From Candidatus Marinacidobacterium sp. (GTDB lineage: Bacteria > Acidobacteriota > Vicinamibacteria > Marinacidobacterales > Marinacidobacteraceae): a DNA stretch of 64,000 bases. Within the stretch, counting starts at the first letter, position 1. The number at the start of each line of letters is the position of its first letter. Where the stretch lies: contig OZ242011.1 in assembly GCA_965204755.1 (NCBI GenBank), forward strand, positions 864,001 through 928,000, read 5' to 3'. The position numbers and the translations under genes were made by a program. Positions 23,601-35,600 of this stretch are shown here, one piece after another. The notes beneath the pieces were generated by a model. That model saw nothing but the letters and a program-made list of their open reading frames with translations, ran no database searches and was not told the origin of the DNA.

Positions 23601-26600
23601 CGGAGTACGAATCCACCGACCGGACGGTGTAGCGGTAGGTCAGCGTCTTCGAGCCCGAACCGGACTCGTAGCGCGCCTGCCGGACATCCCAGGCGCGGCC
23701 GGGGAAGGCCAGTTTGAAGAACGGCGTCCCGCCGCCGGCCACCGTTACCGGCTCGGAGAACTCCACCTTCCACTCGATCGAGTCGCCGGCGACGAAGACG
23801 CCGTCCGCGCCCTGCCCGCCGGTCCCGCCGGGAGTCGCCCGCAGGGCCCGGGGCGGGGTGAGGTCGGGGAGGCGCCCGTCCACCCGGAAGGCGCGGTCGC
23901 CGGCGAAGGCGTAAGTCCCGAGGGAGAGCGCCGCGTCGTTCGGCGTCGCCGCGGCGTCCCGGATCGTCCCGCCGTTCAGCGCGAGCGCCGAAGCGCCGAT
24001 GCTGATCCCGTTCGAGTCCCGGTCCGCGGCGACCACCGTGTAGCGGAAGACCGGCGAGGAGGTCCCGCTGCCGGAGGCGTAGTCGGCGTGGCGGGTGTTC
24101 GCCCCGATGCCGAGCGCGACCCGCGGCGTTCCGGTAACCGTCACCGGCTCGCTGAACTCGACGGTTACCTCGATCGCGTCGCCGGCGGTATGGACGCCGT
24201 TCGCGCCCTGCGGCGTTCCCGAGACGGAGAGGCCGACAACCGTCGGCGCGACCGTGTCCGCGAGCGCCCCGTTCACCACCAGGTCGCCGTCGGTGATGGC
24301 GTGGGCGCCGAGGCCGAGCGCCGCGGCGTTCGGCGTCGCCGCGCCGTCCCGGATCGTCCCGCCGTTCAGCGCGAGCGCGTCGGCGGCGACGCTGATCCCG
24401 TTCGAGTCCGCGTCGCCGCTCGCCACGGTGTAGCGGAAGACCGGCGAGGAGGTCCCGCTGCCGGAGGCGTAGTCGGCCTGCCGGGTGGCGGTCCCGATCC
24501 CGAGCGCGACCTGCGGCGTCCCGGTAACCGTTACCGGTTCGCTGAACTCGACGGTTACCTCGATCGCGTCGCCGGCGACGAAGACGCCGCTCGCGCCCTG
24601 CGCGGCCCCCGACAGCGCTACCCCGGTAACCGTCGGGGACGCGCGGTCCGCCGCCGACCCGTTCACCACCAGGTCGCCGTCGGTGACGGCGTGGGCGCCG
24701 AGGTCGAGCGCCGCGGTGTTGCTCGCGGCGTCCACGATCGTCCCGCCGTTCAGCGAGAGCGCGTCGGCGGCGACGGAAACCCCGTTCGGGTCGGCGTCGG
24801 CGGAGACCACCGCATAGCGGAACGAGAGCGAAGTCGTCCCGCTGCCGGAGGCGTAGTCGGCCCGGCGCGCGGCGGACCCGATCCCGAGCGCCAACTGCGG
24901 CGTCCCGGTAACCGTTACCGGTTCGCTGAACTCCACGGCGGCGACGATCGCGTCGCCGGCGATGAAGACGCCGCCCGCGCCCTCCGCGCTGCCGGAGAGG
25001 GTCAGCCCGGCCACCGTCGGCGCCGTCCCGTCGGTCCCGGCGCCGTCCACCGTCAGGTTCGCGTCGTTCGCGAAGGCGTGCCTGATGAGGTTGAGCGTCG
25101 CGGCGCCGTCGGTGTCGCCGATCGTCCCGGAGTTCAACTGCAGCGCGTTGGCCGCGATGCTGATCCCGTCCGAGTCGGAGTCGGCCGCGACCACGGTGTA
25201 GCGGAAGACCAGGACGGTCGTGCCGCTGCCGGAGACATAGGAGGCGTACCGGGTGGCCGTCCCGACGGTCATCGCCACCCGCGGCGTACCGGTAACCGTC
25301 GCCGGCTGGGTGAAGGTGACCCGGACTTCGATCGCGTCGCCCGCGAGGAAGGCGCCGCCCGCGCCCCGGCCGGTCGCCGGGACTTCCAGCCCGAAGACCC
25401 ACGGGGCGCCGGCGTCCCCGTCCACCACATGGTCCCCGTCGGCAACCGTGTGCCCGGTGAGGTCGAGGTTCACGCCGAGGCCGCCCGCGGTGATCGTCCC
25501 GCCGTTCAACTCGAGCGCCGACGCCCCGATGCTGAGGCCGTTCGCGTCCTCGTCCGCCGGTTGCACGGTGTAGGTGAACCAGACGAAGCCGCCGTGGCTG
25601 GAGTAGGCGGCGTAGCGGGTCTCGGTCCCGATGGTGAGCGCCAGCCGCGGCGTCCCGGTTACCGCGTACGGCGTACTGCTGAAGCGGAGGAGGACCCGGA
25701 GTTCGTCGCCGGAGGTCAGGACGCCGCCCGGGCCGCTGGCGCCCGAGGAAAAGTTCAACGAGGTAACCGTCGGCGCGTTCGACGCCGCCGGCGCGTCGCC
25801 GTCCACCTCGAAGTGGGCTTCGTCGGTCACGGCGAAGACGCCGAGGGAGAGCGCCGCGTCGTTGGCGGTGTCCCGGATCGTCCCTTCGTTCAGCGTGAGC
25901 GCGTCGGCGGCGACGGTGATCCCGTTCGCGTCCTCGTCGCCGGGGCCCACGGTGTAGCGGAACACCAGGGCCGTCGTCCCGCTGCCGGAGGCGTAGGCCG
26001 CCTGCCGGGTGTCGCCGCCGACGGTGAAGGCGACCTGCGGCGCCCCGGTAACCGTTACCCGTTCGCTGAAGGTGACGGTCGCGGTGAGGGTGTCGCCGGC
26101 GCGGAAGACCCCGTTCGCGGCGGTCCCGGTCCCCGAAAGCGCGAAGCGGGCGACCTCCGGGATGCTGGCGTCGGCGGCGCTCCCGTCCACCGTGAAGGAG
26201 GCGTCGTCGTCGAGGGCGTGGGTTCCGAGGGCGAGCGCCGCGTCGTTGGCCGAGGCGTCGCGGATCGTCCCGCCGTTCAGCCCGAGCGCCGAGGCGCCGA
26301 CGCCGACCCCGTCGGAGTCGGAGTCGCCGGAGACCACCGCGTAGCGGAAGACCAGCGAAGTCGTCCCGCTGCCGGAGACATACCCCGCCTGCTTCGCCGC
26401 CGCGCCGATCGTCAGCGCCAACTGCGGCGTCCCGGTAACCGTCGCCGCTTCGTCGAAGGTGACGGTCGCCTCGATCCGGTCCCCGGCGACGAAGACGCCG
26501 TTCGCGCCCTGCCCGGTTCCCGAAAGCGAGACCCCGGTAACCGCCGGGCCGACGGCATCGGCCCGCGCCGGCTGCACGACCCAGAAGCCGGAAACCACCG

Positions 26601-29600
26601 CGTGCGTCCCGAGGTCCGTCGCGGCGGCGTTGCCCGCGGCGTCGGCGATCGTCCCGCCGTTCGGCGCGAGGGCCGAGGCGCCGATGACCAGGTCGCCGTA
26701 GGGATCCGCGGCCACTACGGTGTGGCGGAACGAAAGCGAAGTCCCGCCGCTGCCCGAGACATACCCGGCCTGCCGGGTCGCGGGGGTCCCGGTCCCGATG
26801 GTGAGCGCCAACTGCGGGGTCCCGCCGGTCGTCGTAACCGTTACCGGCTCGCTGAACTCCACGGTAACGATGATCTCGTCGCCGGTGATGAAGACGGGGA
26901 GGCCGGCGAGCCGGCCCTGCGCGACCTCGGCGATGGCGAGGCCGGTAACCGTCGGCGGGGCCCCGTCCGCCGCCGACCCGTTCACCGTGAAGCCGGAGTC
27001 GTTCGTTACCGCGCGCGTTCCGAGGCCGAGCGCGGCGGCGTTCCCCGCGCGGTCCGCGACGGCGCCGCCGTTCAGCGCGAGCGCCGAAGCGCCGACGGAG
27101 ATCCCGTCGGGGTCGTCATCCGCGGAAACCACGGTGTAGCGGAACGAAAGCGAGGTCGTCCCGCTGCCGGAGGCGTAGTCCGCGTGGCGGGTGGCCGCGC
27201 CGACGGTGAGCGCGAGGCGCGGGGCGCCGCCGGTCGTCGTAACCGTTACCGGCTCGCTGAACTCGACCGTTACCCCGATCGCGTCGCCGGCGATGAAGAC
27301 GCCGTTCGCGCCCTGGGCGCTGCCGGAGAGCGTTACCCCGGCCACCGTCGGGACCACGAGGTCCGCCGCCGACCCGTCCACCCGGAAGGCGAGGTCGTTG
27401 CTGATCGCATGCGTCCCGAGGCCGAGCGCGGCGGCGTTGCCCGCGCCGTCCGCGATCGTCCCGGAGTTCAACCCGAGCGCGCCGACGCTGACCCCGCTCG
27501 GGTCGGAGTCGCCGGCGGCCACCGAGTAGCGGAAGAGCAGGGAAGCCGTCCCGCTGCCGGAGACATACCCGGCGGGGCGGGTGTCCGCGGCCCCGCCGAC
27601 GGTGAACACCGCCTGCGGGGTTCCGGTAACGGTCACGGTCTCGCTGAACTCGACGGTGAGGTCGATCGCGTCGCCGGCGACGAAGACTCCGGCCGCGCCG
27701 CTCCCGCTCCCCGAGAGCGCGGCGCCGGTAACCGTCGGGGCGACGGTGTCCGCCAGGTCCCCGTCCACCACGGCGTCTTCGTCGTTCGCCACCGCGTGGG
27801 CGCCGAGGCCGAGCACGGCGGCGTTCCCGGCGCGGTCCTCGATGACGCCGTCGTTCAGCGCCAGCGCCGAAGCGCCGACGGAGATCCCGTCGGAGTCGTC
27901 ATCCGCAGAAACCACGGTGTAGCGGAACGCCAGCGAGGTCGTCCCGCTGCCGGAGGCGTAGGCCGCCTGCCGGGCGTTGGCCCCGACGGTGATCTCCACC
28001 TGCGGCGAAGGGGTAACCACCACCGCTTCGTCGAACTCCACGGTTACCACCAGGTCGTCGCCGGCGATGAAGACGCCGTTCGCGCCCTGGGCGCTGCCGG
28101 AGACCGTTACCCCGGTAACCGTCGGCTCGGTGGCGTCGCTCGCGCTCCCGTCCACCTCGAAGGCGGCGGCGTCGGTTACCGCGTGGGCGCCCAGGTCGAG
28201 CAGGGCGTCGTTCCCCGCGGCGTCGCGGACGGTCCCGCCGTTCAGGCCCAGCGCGTTCGCCGCGATGGAGATCCCGTCGGCGTCGGCGTCGCCGCTCGCC
28301 ACGGTGTAACGGAACACCGGCGAGGAGGTCCCGCTGCCGGACGCATACCCGGCGTACCGGGTGTTCGTCCCGACGGTGAGCGCCGCCCGCGGCGTCCCGG
28401 TAACCGTTACCGCCTCGTGGAACTCGACGGTTACCTCGATCGCGTCCCCGGCGATGAAGACGCCGTTCGCGCCGCGCCCTTCGCCGGAGACCGTGAGTCC
28501 GGTAACCGTCGGGCGCGCCTCGTCGGCGGCGCCGCCCCTCACCACGAAGGCGGCGTCGTTCGCTATCGCGCGGGTTCCGAGGGAGAGCGGCGCGGCGTTG
28601 TTCGCCGCGTCCGCGATCGCCCCGCCGTCGAGGGCGAGCGCGGAGACGCCGATCCCGTTGGCGTGGTCGCCGGCGGCCACGGTGTAGCGGAAGGTGAGCG
28701 AAGCCGTCCCGCTGCCGGAGACATAGCCGGCCGGCCGGGTCGCCGCGCCGACGGTGAGCGTTGCCTGCGGGGTCCCGGTAACCGTCGCCGCCTCGTGGAA
28801 CTCGACGGTTACCTCGATGGTGTCGCCGGCGATGAAGACGCCGCGCGCGCCGTTCGGCGTCCCGGAGAGCGAGAGGCCGGTAACCGAGGGCCCGATCGCG
28901 TCGGTGGCCGCGCCGTTCAGGACGAAGTTCGCGTCGTCGGGGAACGCGTGCGTCCCCAGGGCGAGCGCCGCGGCGTTCCCCGCGGCGTCCCGGATCGTCC
29001 CGCCGTTCAGGCCGAGCGCGTCGTTGGCGAGGCCGAGCCCGTTCGCGTCCACATCCGCCGCTACCACGGTGTAGCGGAACACCAGGGAACTCGTCCCGCC
29101 GCCCGAATCCAGGTCCGCCAAACGGGAGACGGAGGCGATGGCCAACTTGATCTGCGGGCTGCCGGTAACGGTTACCGTTTCGCTGAACTCGACTTCGACG
29201 GTGATCCGGTCCCCCGCCCGGAAGACGCCGTTCGCGCCGTTCCCCACGCCGGACAGGGAGACCCCGGCCACCGTCGGCGCCACGGTGTCCGCCGCGCTGC
29301 CGTCCACCACGGCGTCGCCATCGGTGATGGCGTGGTCGCCGAGGCCGAGCGAGGCGGCGTTCCCCGCGGCGTCCACGATGGTCCCGCCGTTCAGGGCCAG
29401 CGCGAAGGCGCCGACGCCGAGGCCGTTCCGGTCCCGGTCGCCGGAGACCACCCGGTAGCGGAACGCCAGCGAGCGCGTCCCGCTGCCGGAGTCGTAGGCC
29501 GCCGCGCGCGTCCCGCTCCGGAGGGTGAGCGCCAGTTGCGGGGCGCCGGTGACCGTTACGGTCTCGTCGAAGTCCACGGTTACCTCGACTTCGTCGCCGG

Positions 29601-32600
29601 CGATGAAGACCCCGTTCGCGCCGCGGGCCACGCCGGAGACCGTTACCCCGGAGACCTTCGGTCCGCGGGTATCGGTTCCGCCGCCGTCCACCGCGAAGTC
29701 GGCGGCGTTCGCGACGGCGAACGAGCCGAGGCCGAGCGCCGCGGCGTTCCCCGCGCCGTCGGCGACGGTCCCGCCGTTCAGGGCCAGCGCCGAGGCGGAG
29801 AGGCCGATCCCGTCGGCGTCGGCGTCGCCGGAGGCGACGACATAGCGGAAGACCGGCGCGGCCGTCCCGCTGCCGGAGGCGTACGCCGCGTAGCGGGTGG
29901 CGGTCCCGACGGTCAGGGCCACCCGCGGGGTCCCGCCGGTCGTCGTAACCGTTACCGCTTCGCTGAACTCGACGGCGATCCGGATCGCGTCGCCGGCGAT
30001 GAAGACGCCGTTCGCGCCCTGCCCGGTTCCGGAGAGGGTCACCGCGGCAACCGTCGGCGCGACCGCGTCGGAGGCGTTGCCGTGCACGCCGAAGCCGGCG
30101 GCGTTCGCCACCGCGTGGGCGCCGAGGCCCAGCGAGGCGGCGTTCCCCGCCCGGTCCGCGATCGCCCCGCCGTGCAGGCCGAGCGCCGAGGCGCCGACGC
30201 CGATCCCGTTCGAGTCCTCGTGCTGCGACTGCACCTCGTAGCGGAACACCAGGTCGGCGCCGCTCGATTCCGAGGCGGAATACGAGGCGAAAGTGGAACC
30301 GCTCGCGAGGGTGATCGCGAGGGCCGGGCCCCCGGGAACGGAGGTAACGGTTACCGGCTCCGAGAAACGGACCCGGATCCGGACCGCATCCCCGGCGCGG
30401 AAGACGCCGTTCGGACCCTGCCCGGTCCCCGAGAGCGAGACCCCGGTTACCGTCGGCGCGACCGCGTCCGCCGCGCTCCCGTCCACCACCAGGTCGCCGT
30501 CGGTGATCGCGTGGGGCCCGAGGTCGAGCGCCGCGGCGCGGCCCGCGCCGCCCGCGATGCTCCCGCCGTTCAGCGAGAGCGCCGAGGCGCCGACGGAGAC
30601 CCCGTCCGCGTCCCGGTCCCCGGCGGCCACCGCGTAGCGGAAGACCAGCGAGGTCGTCCCGCTGCCGGAGACATACCCGGCTCGGCGGGTGGCCGGCCCG
30701 ATGGTCAGCGCCACCTGCGGGGTCCCGGTAACCGTCGCCGCCCGGTCGAACTCCACGGTTACCGCGATCCCGTCGCCGGCGCGGAAGACGCCGTTCGCGC
30801 CCTGCGGGTCGCCGGAGAGCGTTACGCCGGTAACCGCCGGCCCCACCGCGGCGGCGGCGCCGTTGACCCGGAAGTCGGGGTCGTTCGCGAAGGCGCGGGT
30901 TCCGAGGTCGAGCGCCGCGTCGTGGGGCGTCGCCGCGCCGTCCCGGATCGTCCCGCCGTTCAGCGTGAGCGCCGAGGCGCCGACGGAGATGCCGTCGAGG
31001 TCGGCGTCCGCCGCGACCACGGTGTAGCGGAAGACGAGCGAGGCGGTCCCGCTGCCGGAGGCATACCCCGCCTGCCGGGTGTTCGCGCCGATCGTGATCG
31101 CCGCCCGCGGCGTCCCGGTAACGGTTACCGCTTCGTCGAAGTCCACGGTTACTTCGAGGACATCGCCGGCGATGAAGACGCCGGCCGCGCCGCGCCCCGC
31201 GCCGGAGACCGCGAGCCCGGCCACCGCCGGCGAGCGGACATCGGCGCCGCCGCCGCTGACCTTGAAGTCGGCGTCGGCGGTGAACGCATGGTTCGTGAGG
31301 CCGAGCCCGGCGAGGTGCCCCGCAGCGTCCCGGATCGTCCCGCCGTTCAGCGCGAGCGCCGAGGCGCCGATGCCGATCCCGTCGTTGTCGGCGTCGCCGG
31401 AGACCACGGTGTAGCGGAACCGCAGCGAGGAGGTCCCGCTGCCGGAGACATACGCCGCCTGGCGGGTGTTCGCGCCGACGGTGAGCGCCACCCGCGGCGT
31501 TCCGGTAACGGTTGCCGGCTCGTGGAACTCGACGATTGCCTCGATGGGGTCGCCGGCGATGAAGACGCCGTTCGCGCCCTGCCCGGTCCCGGAGAGCGAA
31601 AGGCCGGCGACGAGCGGGCCGAAGGCGTCGGGGGCGGCGCCGTTCACCGGGCGCAACTCGTCGGTTACCGCGTGCGCTCCGAGGTCGAGGGCGGCGGCGT
31701 TCCCCGCGGCGTCCCGGATCGTCCCGCCGTTCAGCGCGAGCGCCGAGGCGCCGACGGAGATCCCGTCGGGGTCGGAGTCCGCCTGGGCCACCGCGTAGGT
31801 GAACCGCAGCGAGGCCGTCCCGCTGCCCGAGCGGTAGTCCGCCGGCCGGGTGTTCGCTCCGATCGTGAGCGCGGTCTGCGGCGTCCCGGTAACGAACACG
31901 GTGTCGTCGAAAGTGATCGTTACCGCGATCTCGTCGCCGGCGCCGAAGACTTGCCGGCCGGCCCAGGCGTCGCCGTGGCCGGCGACCTCGACCCCGGTAA
32001 CCGTCGGGGCGACCGCGTCGGCGGCGGCGCCGTCCACCCGAAAGTCGGCGGCGTTCGCGATCGCGTGGGCGCCGAGGCCGAGCGCCGCGTCGTTCGGCGC
32101 CGGGTCGCCCTGCGCGTCGGTCGCGTCGTCCCGGATCGTCCCGCCGTTCAGCCGGAGCGCCGAGGCGCCGACGCCGATCCCGTCGGCGTCCCGGTCGCCG
32201 GCGGCCACGGTGTAGCGGAAGACCAGCGAGCGCCCGCCGCTGCCGGAGGAGGCGTAGTCCGCCCGGCGGGTGTCCGCCCCGACGGTGAGGGCGGCCTGCG
32301 GGGTCCCGGTAACGGTCACCGGCTCGTGGAACTCGACCGTTACTTCGAGGAGGTCGCCGGCGATGAAGACGCCGCCCGCGCCCTGCGCCCGGCCCGAAAG
32401 GGTTACCCCGACGACCGTCGGCGCGACCGCGTCGGCGCCGTCGCCGTCGATCCGGAAGTCGGCGGCGTCGGTGATGTCGTAGGGGCCCGCGGCGAACGAC
32501 GGGGCGTTGCCGGCGGCGTCCGCGATCGTCGCGCTCCCCAGACTGATCCCGAACGGGCTCACGCCGATCCCGTTCGAGTCCAGGTCGAGGGCGCCCACCG

Positions 32601-35600
32601 TGTGGCGGAACACCAGGGAGGTCGTCCCGCTGCCGGAGACCGGGTCGGCGAACTGGTCGCCGGAGGCGATGTGGAACACCAACAGCGGGGTTCCGGTAAC
32701 CGTTACCGGCTCGTCGAACTCGAGGACCGCTTCGATCCGGTCGCCGGCGATGAAGACGCCGTTCGCGCCGTTGCCGGTTCCCCGCAGGGAGAGGCCGGTA
32801 ACCCTCGGCGCGACCCGGTCGGCGGCGGCGCCGTCCACCGGGAAGGCGGCGGCGTTCGCCACCGCGTGGGCGCCGAGGCCGGTCTCGGCGGCGTTGCCGC
32901 CGGCGTCCACGATCCGCCCGCCGGCCAGCGTGAGCGCCGAAACCGGGACGGAGATCCCGTCGGGGTCGGTGTCCCCGCCGGCCACGGCGTAGCGGAAGAC
33001 CAACTCCGCCGAGCCGCTGCCGGAGGCGTAGTCCGCCCGGCGGGTCGCCGAGCCGACGACGAGCGCCAACTGCGGGGTCCCGGTAACCGTTACCGGCTCG
33101 CTGAAGGTGACCGTGGCTTCGATGGCGTCGCCTTCGATGTAGGCGCCGTTCGCGCCCTGCGGCGCCGGGGCCGCCCCGGCGAGCGCGAGCCCGGTAACCG
33201 TCGGCGCCACCGAGTCGCGGGCGCTCCCGTCCACCGCCGGGCCGCCGTCGGTTACCGCGTGGTCGCCGAGGCCGATCTCGGCGGCGTTGCCGGCGGCGTC
33301 CTCGACGGTCCCGCCGTTCAGGCCCAGCGCGTCGGCGGCGACGGAGATCCCGTTCGCGTCGGCGTCGGCGGCGCCCACGGTGTAGCGGAAGACCGCCTCG
33401 TCCGTCCCGCTGCCGGAGGAATACTCCGCGTAGCGGGTGGCCGTCCCGACGGCGAGCGCCAGCCGCGGAATCCCGGTAACCGTTACCGGCTCGTCGAACG
33501 CGACGGTTACCCCGATCGCGTCCCCGGCGATGAAGACGCCGTTCGCGCCGCGCGCCACGCCGGAAACCGTTACCCCGGTAACCGCCGGCGCGCGGACATC
33601 GGCGGCGCCGCCGTCCACCGGGAAGGCGGCGTCGTTCGCCACGGCGTGGGTTCCGAGGCCGAGCGCGGCCGCGTTGCCCGAACCGTCGGCGATCGTCCCG
33701 CCGTTCAGCGCGAGCGCCGAAGCCCCGACGGAGATCCCGTCGGCGTCGGCGTCGCCGGCCGCCACCAGGTAGCGGAACACCGGCGAGTCGGTCCCGCCGC
33801 CGAGCGCGTAGTCGGCGTAGCGGGTGGCCGTCCCGATGGTCAGCGCCACCCGCGGCGTCCCGGTAACCGTTACCGCTTCGTGGAACTCGACGGTTACCTC
33901 GAGGGCGTCGCCGGCCACGAAGACGCCGCCCGCGCCCTGCGGCCGGCCGGAGAGCGAGACCCCGGTAACCGTCGGCTCGATGCGGTCGGCCCCGCTCCCG
34001 TCCATCCGGAAGCCGCGGTCGTAGGAATGCCGGTCGGTAACCGCGTGGTCGCCGAGGTCGAGCGCGGCGTCGTTGCCGGCGGCGTCGACGATCGTCCCGC
34101 CGTTCAGCGTGAGCGCCGAGGCGCCGATGCCGATCCCGTCGGTGTCCCGGTCGAACGACTGCACCCGGTAGCGGAACACCGGCGCCCCGTCCCCGAGGCC
34201 CGGGACATAGGCCGCCGCCCGGGTCCCGTTGCCGACGGAGAGCGACAACTGCGGGGTTCCGGTAACGGTTACCGCTTCGCTGAACTCCACCGTTACGAAG
34301 ATCTCGTCGCCGGCGATGAACATCGCGCCGATCGCGCCGTTGGCGATGCCGGAGAGCGAGACCCCGGTAACCGTCGGGCCCACCGTGTCCGGGGCGCTCC
34401 CGTCCACCGTGACCTCCCCGTCGGTGATCGCGTGGGCGCCGAGGCCGAGGGCCGCGGCGTTGCCGGCGGCGTCGGCGATCGATCCGCCGGCCGGGGTCAG
34501 CGCCGGGGCGGCGACGGAGATCCCGTCCGGGTCGGCGTCCTCGGCGACGACGGCGTAGCGGAAGACCAGCGAGGCCGAGCCGCTGCCGGAGACATACCCG
34601 GCCGGCCGGGTGTTCGCCCCGATCGCGAGGGCCAACTCCGGCGTCCCGGTAACGGTCACGGTCTCGCTGAACTCGACCGTCGCTTCGACGGCGTCGCCGG
34701 CGAGGAAGACCCGTTCGCGCCGCGCGGCGCCGGGGCGACCCCGGCGAGCGAGAGCCCGGTAACCGTCGGCGCCACCGCGTCCGCCGCCGACCCGTCCACC
34801 GTGAAGGCGGCGTCGTCGGTGATGGCGTGACTCCCGAGGCCGAGCGACGCCGGGTTCCGCCTTGGCGAGGCGTCCCGGATCGTCCCGCCGTTCAGGGTGA
34901 GCGCCGAGGCCCAGACGCTGATCCCGTCGGAGTCCGCGTCGCCGGAGGCCACGGTGTAGCGGAAGACCAGCGAAGTCGTCCCGCTGCCGGAGACATACCC
35001 CGCCTGCCGGACGGCGCTCCAGATGGTGAGGGCCACCTGCGGGGTCCCGGTAACCGTGGCCGCTTCGTCGAACTCGACGGTTACCTCGATCTCGTCGCCG
35101 GCGATGAAGACGCCGTTCGCGCCCTCGGCGGCCCCGGCGAGCGAGACGCCGGTAACCGCCGGGCCGAGCGCGTCCGGGAAGTTCCCGGCCACGAGCGCCG
35201 CGCCGTCGTCGGTTACGGCGCGGGTTCCGAGGCCGAGCGCGGCGGCGTTGCCGTTGGCGTCCCGGATCGTCCCGCCGTTCAGCGCGAGCGCCGAGGCCCC
35301 GACGCTGATCCCGTTCGGGTCGTGGTCCGCGCTCACCACCGTGTAGCCGAACACCAGGGCGGTCGTCCCGCTGCCGGAGAGAAGGTCCGCCTGCCGGGTG
35401 TTCGCGCCGATGGTGAGCGCCAACTGCGGCGTCCCGGTAACCGTCACCGTTTCGCTGAACTCGACGGTGACGCGGATCTCGTCCCCGCCGACGAAGTAGC
35501 CGCCCTGGACGCCCTGCTTCCGGCCCGAGATCGTTACCCCGGTAACCGTCGGCGCGACCGCTTCCGTCGCGTCGTGGGCCACCGCCGCGCCGCCGTCGGT

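Noticed and set aside
111-34830. Very long plus-strand ORFs (111..5762, 5768..11092, 11312..12214, 12475..34830; up to 7451 aa)
   Set aside because: They are in-register antisense shadows, open because the GC-rich gene almost never uses TTA, CTA or TCA. The products are Arg/Val/Gly-rich mirror repeats and break at the same frameshifts.
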